Part shown: positions 60,301-61,376 of the stretch, in pieces | Layout of the letters: each line of letters opens with the position of its first letter | Numbering within the stretch: the stretch's first letter is position 1 | Origin: Promethearchaeota archaeon | GTDB taxonomy: Archaea; Asgardarchaeota; Lokiarchaeia; Sigyniarchaeales; SOKP01 | NCBI GenBank assembly: GCA_030603385.1 | Contig: JAUVXW010000028.1 | Location: 1-61,376, forward strand | Direction of reading: 5' to 3' | Length of the DNA: 61,376 nucleotides | The notes under the pieces: model-generated | What the model was told of the DNA's origin: nothing | What the model saw: only the letters and a program-made list of their open reading frames with translations | Database searches by the model: none | Position numbers and translations under genes: made by a program

Positions 60301-61376
60301 TAACTAACCTAAATAGCACCCTATTAAACCAGATGGTATCTCTTGGTGTGGACATAACAAACATTAATGCAACGATATATAATCAGATTTTGAGTTTACA
60401 AGTGGATTTAACAAACATTAATAGTTCGATCACCTCTCTCCTAACTAATATTGGATTGAATATCTTAAATCTTGAATCTGATATAAATACTTTATATCTA
60501 TTTACAAACACATCAATTTGGAATCTAAATAGTGCGATGAATAGCTCTTTTATTTATTTGGAAAATAATATTTATTCTATTAACCAGAGCATTTCTACAT
60601 TGGTTATTGGAATAGATAACAGCATTTCGCTTGTAAATGCTACTATTACGTCAATGTTTACCGAAATGAATCAACAGTTTATAGTGGTTCAATCAACATT
60701 AAATTATTCGTTTGCGTTTTTAAATCAATCAATAATACAATTGGCAAATGATATAACAGAAAACCACGTTATATTATATAATCTAATAGAACAGAGAGCA
60801 AATGAGATTGATAGTAGCCTAATTGATGTTCAAACTCTCATTAATCTTGTAAATAATACTGTTGCTGATGAAAGTCTTGTTATCCAAACTCTTGTTAATC
60901 TTATTGGTGCAAACATAACAAATAATCATATAATCATCAACAATCTACTTAATTTAATCGATAATAATATTACTAATAATAATATACAACTCGTTTCTAT
61001 TTTGGAAGTAATTGGAAACAATATTACTACGAACCATTTTGTAATCCAAACTCTTATAGATGTAATAGGTAATAACATAACATATAATCATATAGAATTA
61101 CTTACGAATTTGAATCTTATAAACACTACAATATCTCAAAATCAAATCGAACTCATAAACAGATTATTATTTATCAACAATACGATAAATGATATGATGT
61201 TTGAACTCACCAATCAACTATTATTTTTGAATGGTACTATTTATAACGCTGTCTTAAATTTGAGTACCTCTATTGAGTTTGGAGTAGATATGGTTCTTGG
61301 AAACATAACGATTACTTATCAACAGAATGAATTTTTAACTGAATTATACAAGGAAACTATGTTTTCCCAATTGCTT
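54375..61376 (+). CDS. Giant adhesin/spike: signal/TM, two LamG-like domains, jelly-roll-like domains, 5-repeat beta-propeller and long 18-residue-repeat coiled-coil stalk; in-frame TAA at 60054-60056; runs off the window
   Basis: NTWYHIKIVFD...FYIDG and DAWIHIKVSFD...VWIDG; WDGTHLWVVG repeats; manual translation shows the same frame open for 440 codons after the TAA with the same repeat. Confidence 0.8.
57660..58275 (+). repeat. Five 129-nt (43-aa) tandem beta-propeller blade repeats
   Basis: tgggatgga at 57699, 57828, 57957, 58086 and 58215 (exact 129-nt period). Confidence 0.9.
59870..61170 (+). repeat. 18-residue (54-nt) coiled-coil-like repeats of two types
   Basis: NINSSIxNQIxxLGVDIT type (about 59870-60430) and LIxxIGNNITxNHxxIxT type (about 60840-61170). 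Confidence 0.8.

Larger units (their letters stand above)
38705..61376. mobile_element. Accessory island / integrated virus-like element (left boundary approximate, right boundary beyond the window)
   Basis: Housekeeping genes stop after U32; then defence-type genes, orphan ORFs, Fic, a tyrosine recombinase and a 14-kb co-oriented module of membrane, basic and adhesin proteins; long AT-rich gaps. Confidence 0.75.

Overview
Very AT-rich archaeal DNA, most consistent with a Lokiarchaeia/Promethearchaeia (Asgard) chromosome. The taxonomic call is an inference from the Rab-like GTPase, JAMM/MPN and PCI-like proteins, LRR protein, longin-tailed giant surface protein, RadA, ComDE and GGTGA ribosome-binding sites. 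Positions 1-38.7 kb are host genes for transport, CoA/lipid and amino-acid metabolism, plus several eukaryotic-signature-type proteins. From about 38.7 kb to the window end lies an accessory region. It opens with a KTSC-DUF262 + HEPN putative defence pair, orphan ORFs and a Fic protein. A catalytic-domain-only tyrosine recombinase and a control region with a duplicated 53-bp unit follow. Then comes a 14-kb co-oriented module of three membrane-anchored ectodomain proteins, six very basic proteins, a two-TM protein and a >2300-codon adhesin/stalk gene interrupted by one in-frame TAA. I recognise no HK97 or double-jelly-roll capsid, terminase or portal. The best hypothesis is an integrated enveloped (pleomorphic or spindle-like) virus-type element of an Asgard archaeon that continues beyond the window. 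Two host genes appear to need non-canonical start codons (CTG; ATC/ATA). No tRNA, rRNA or CRISPR array was seen. All family assignments are by eye from motifs; no searches were run.
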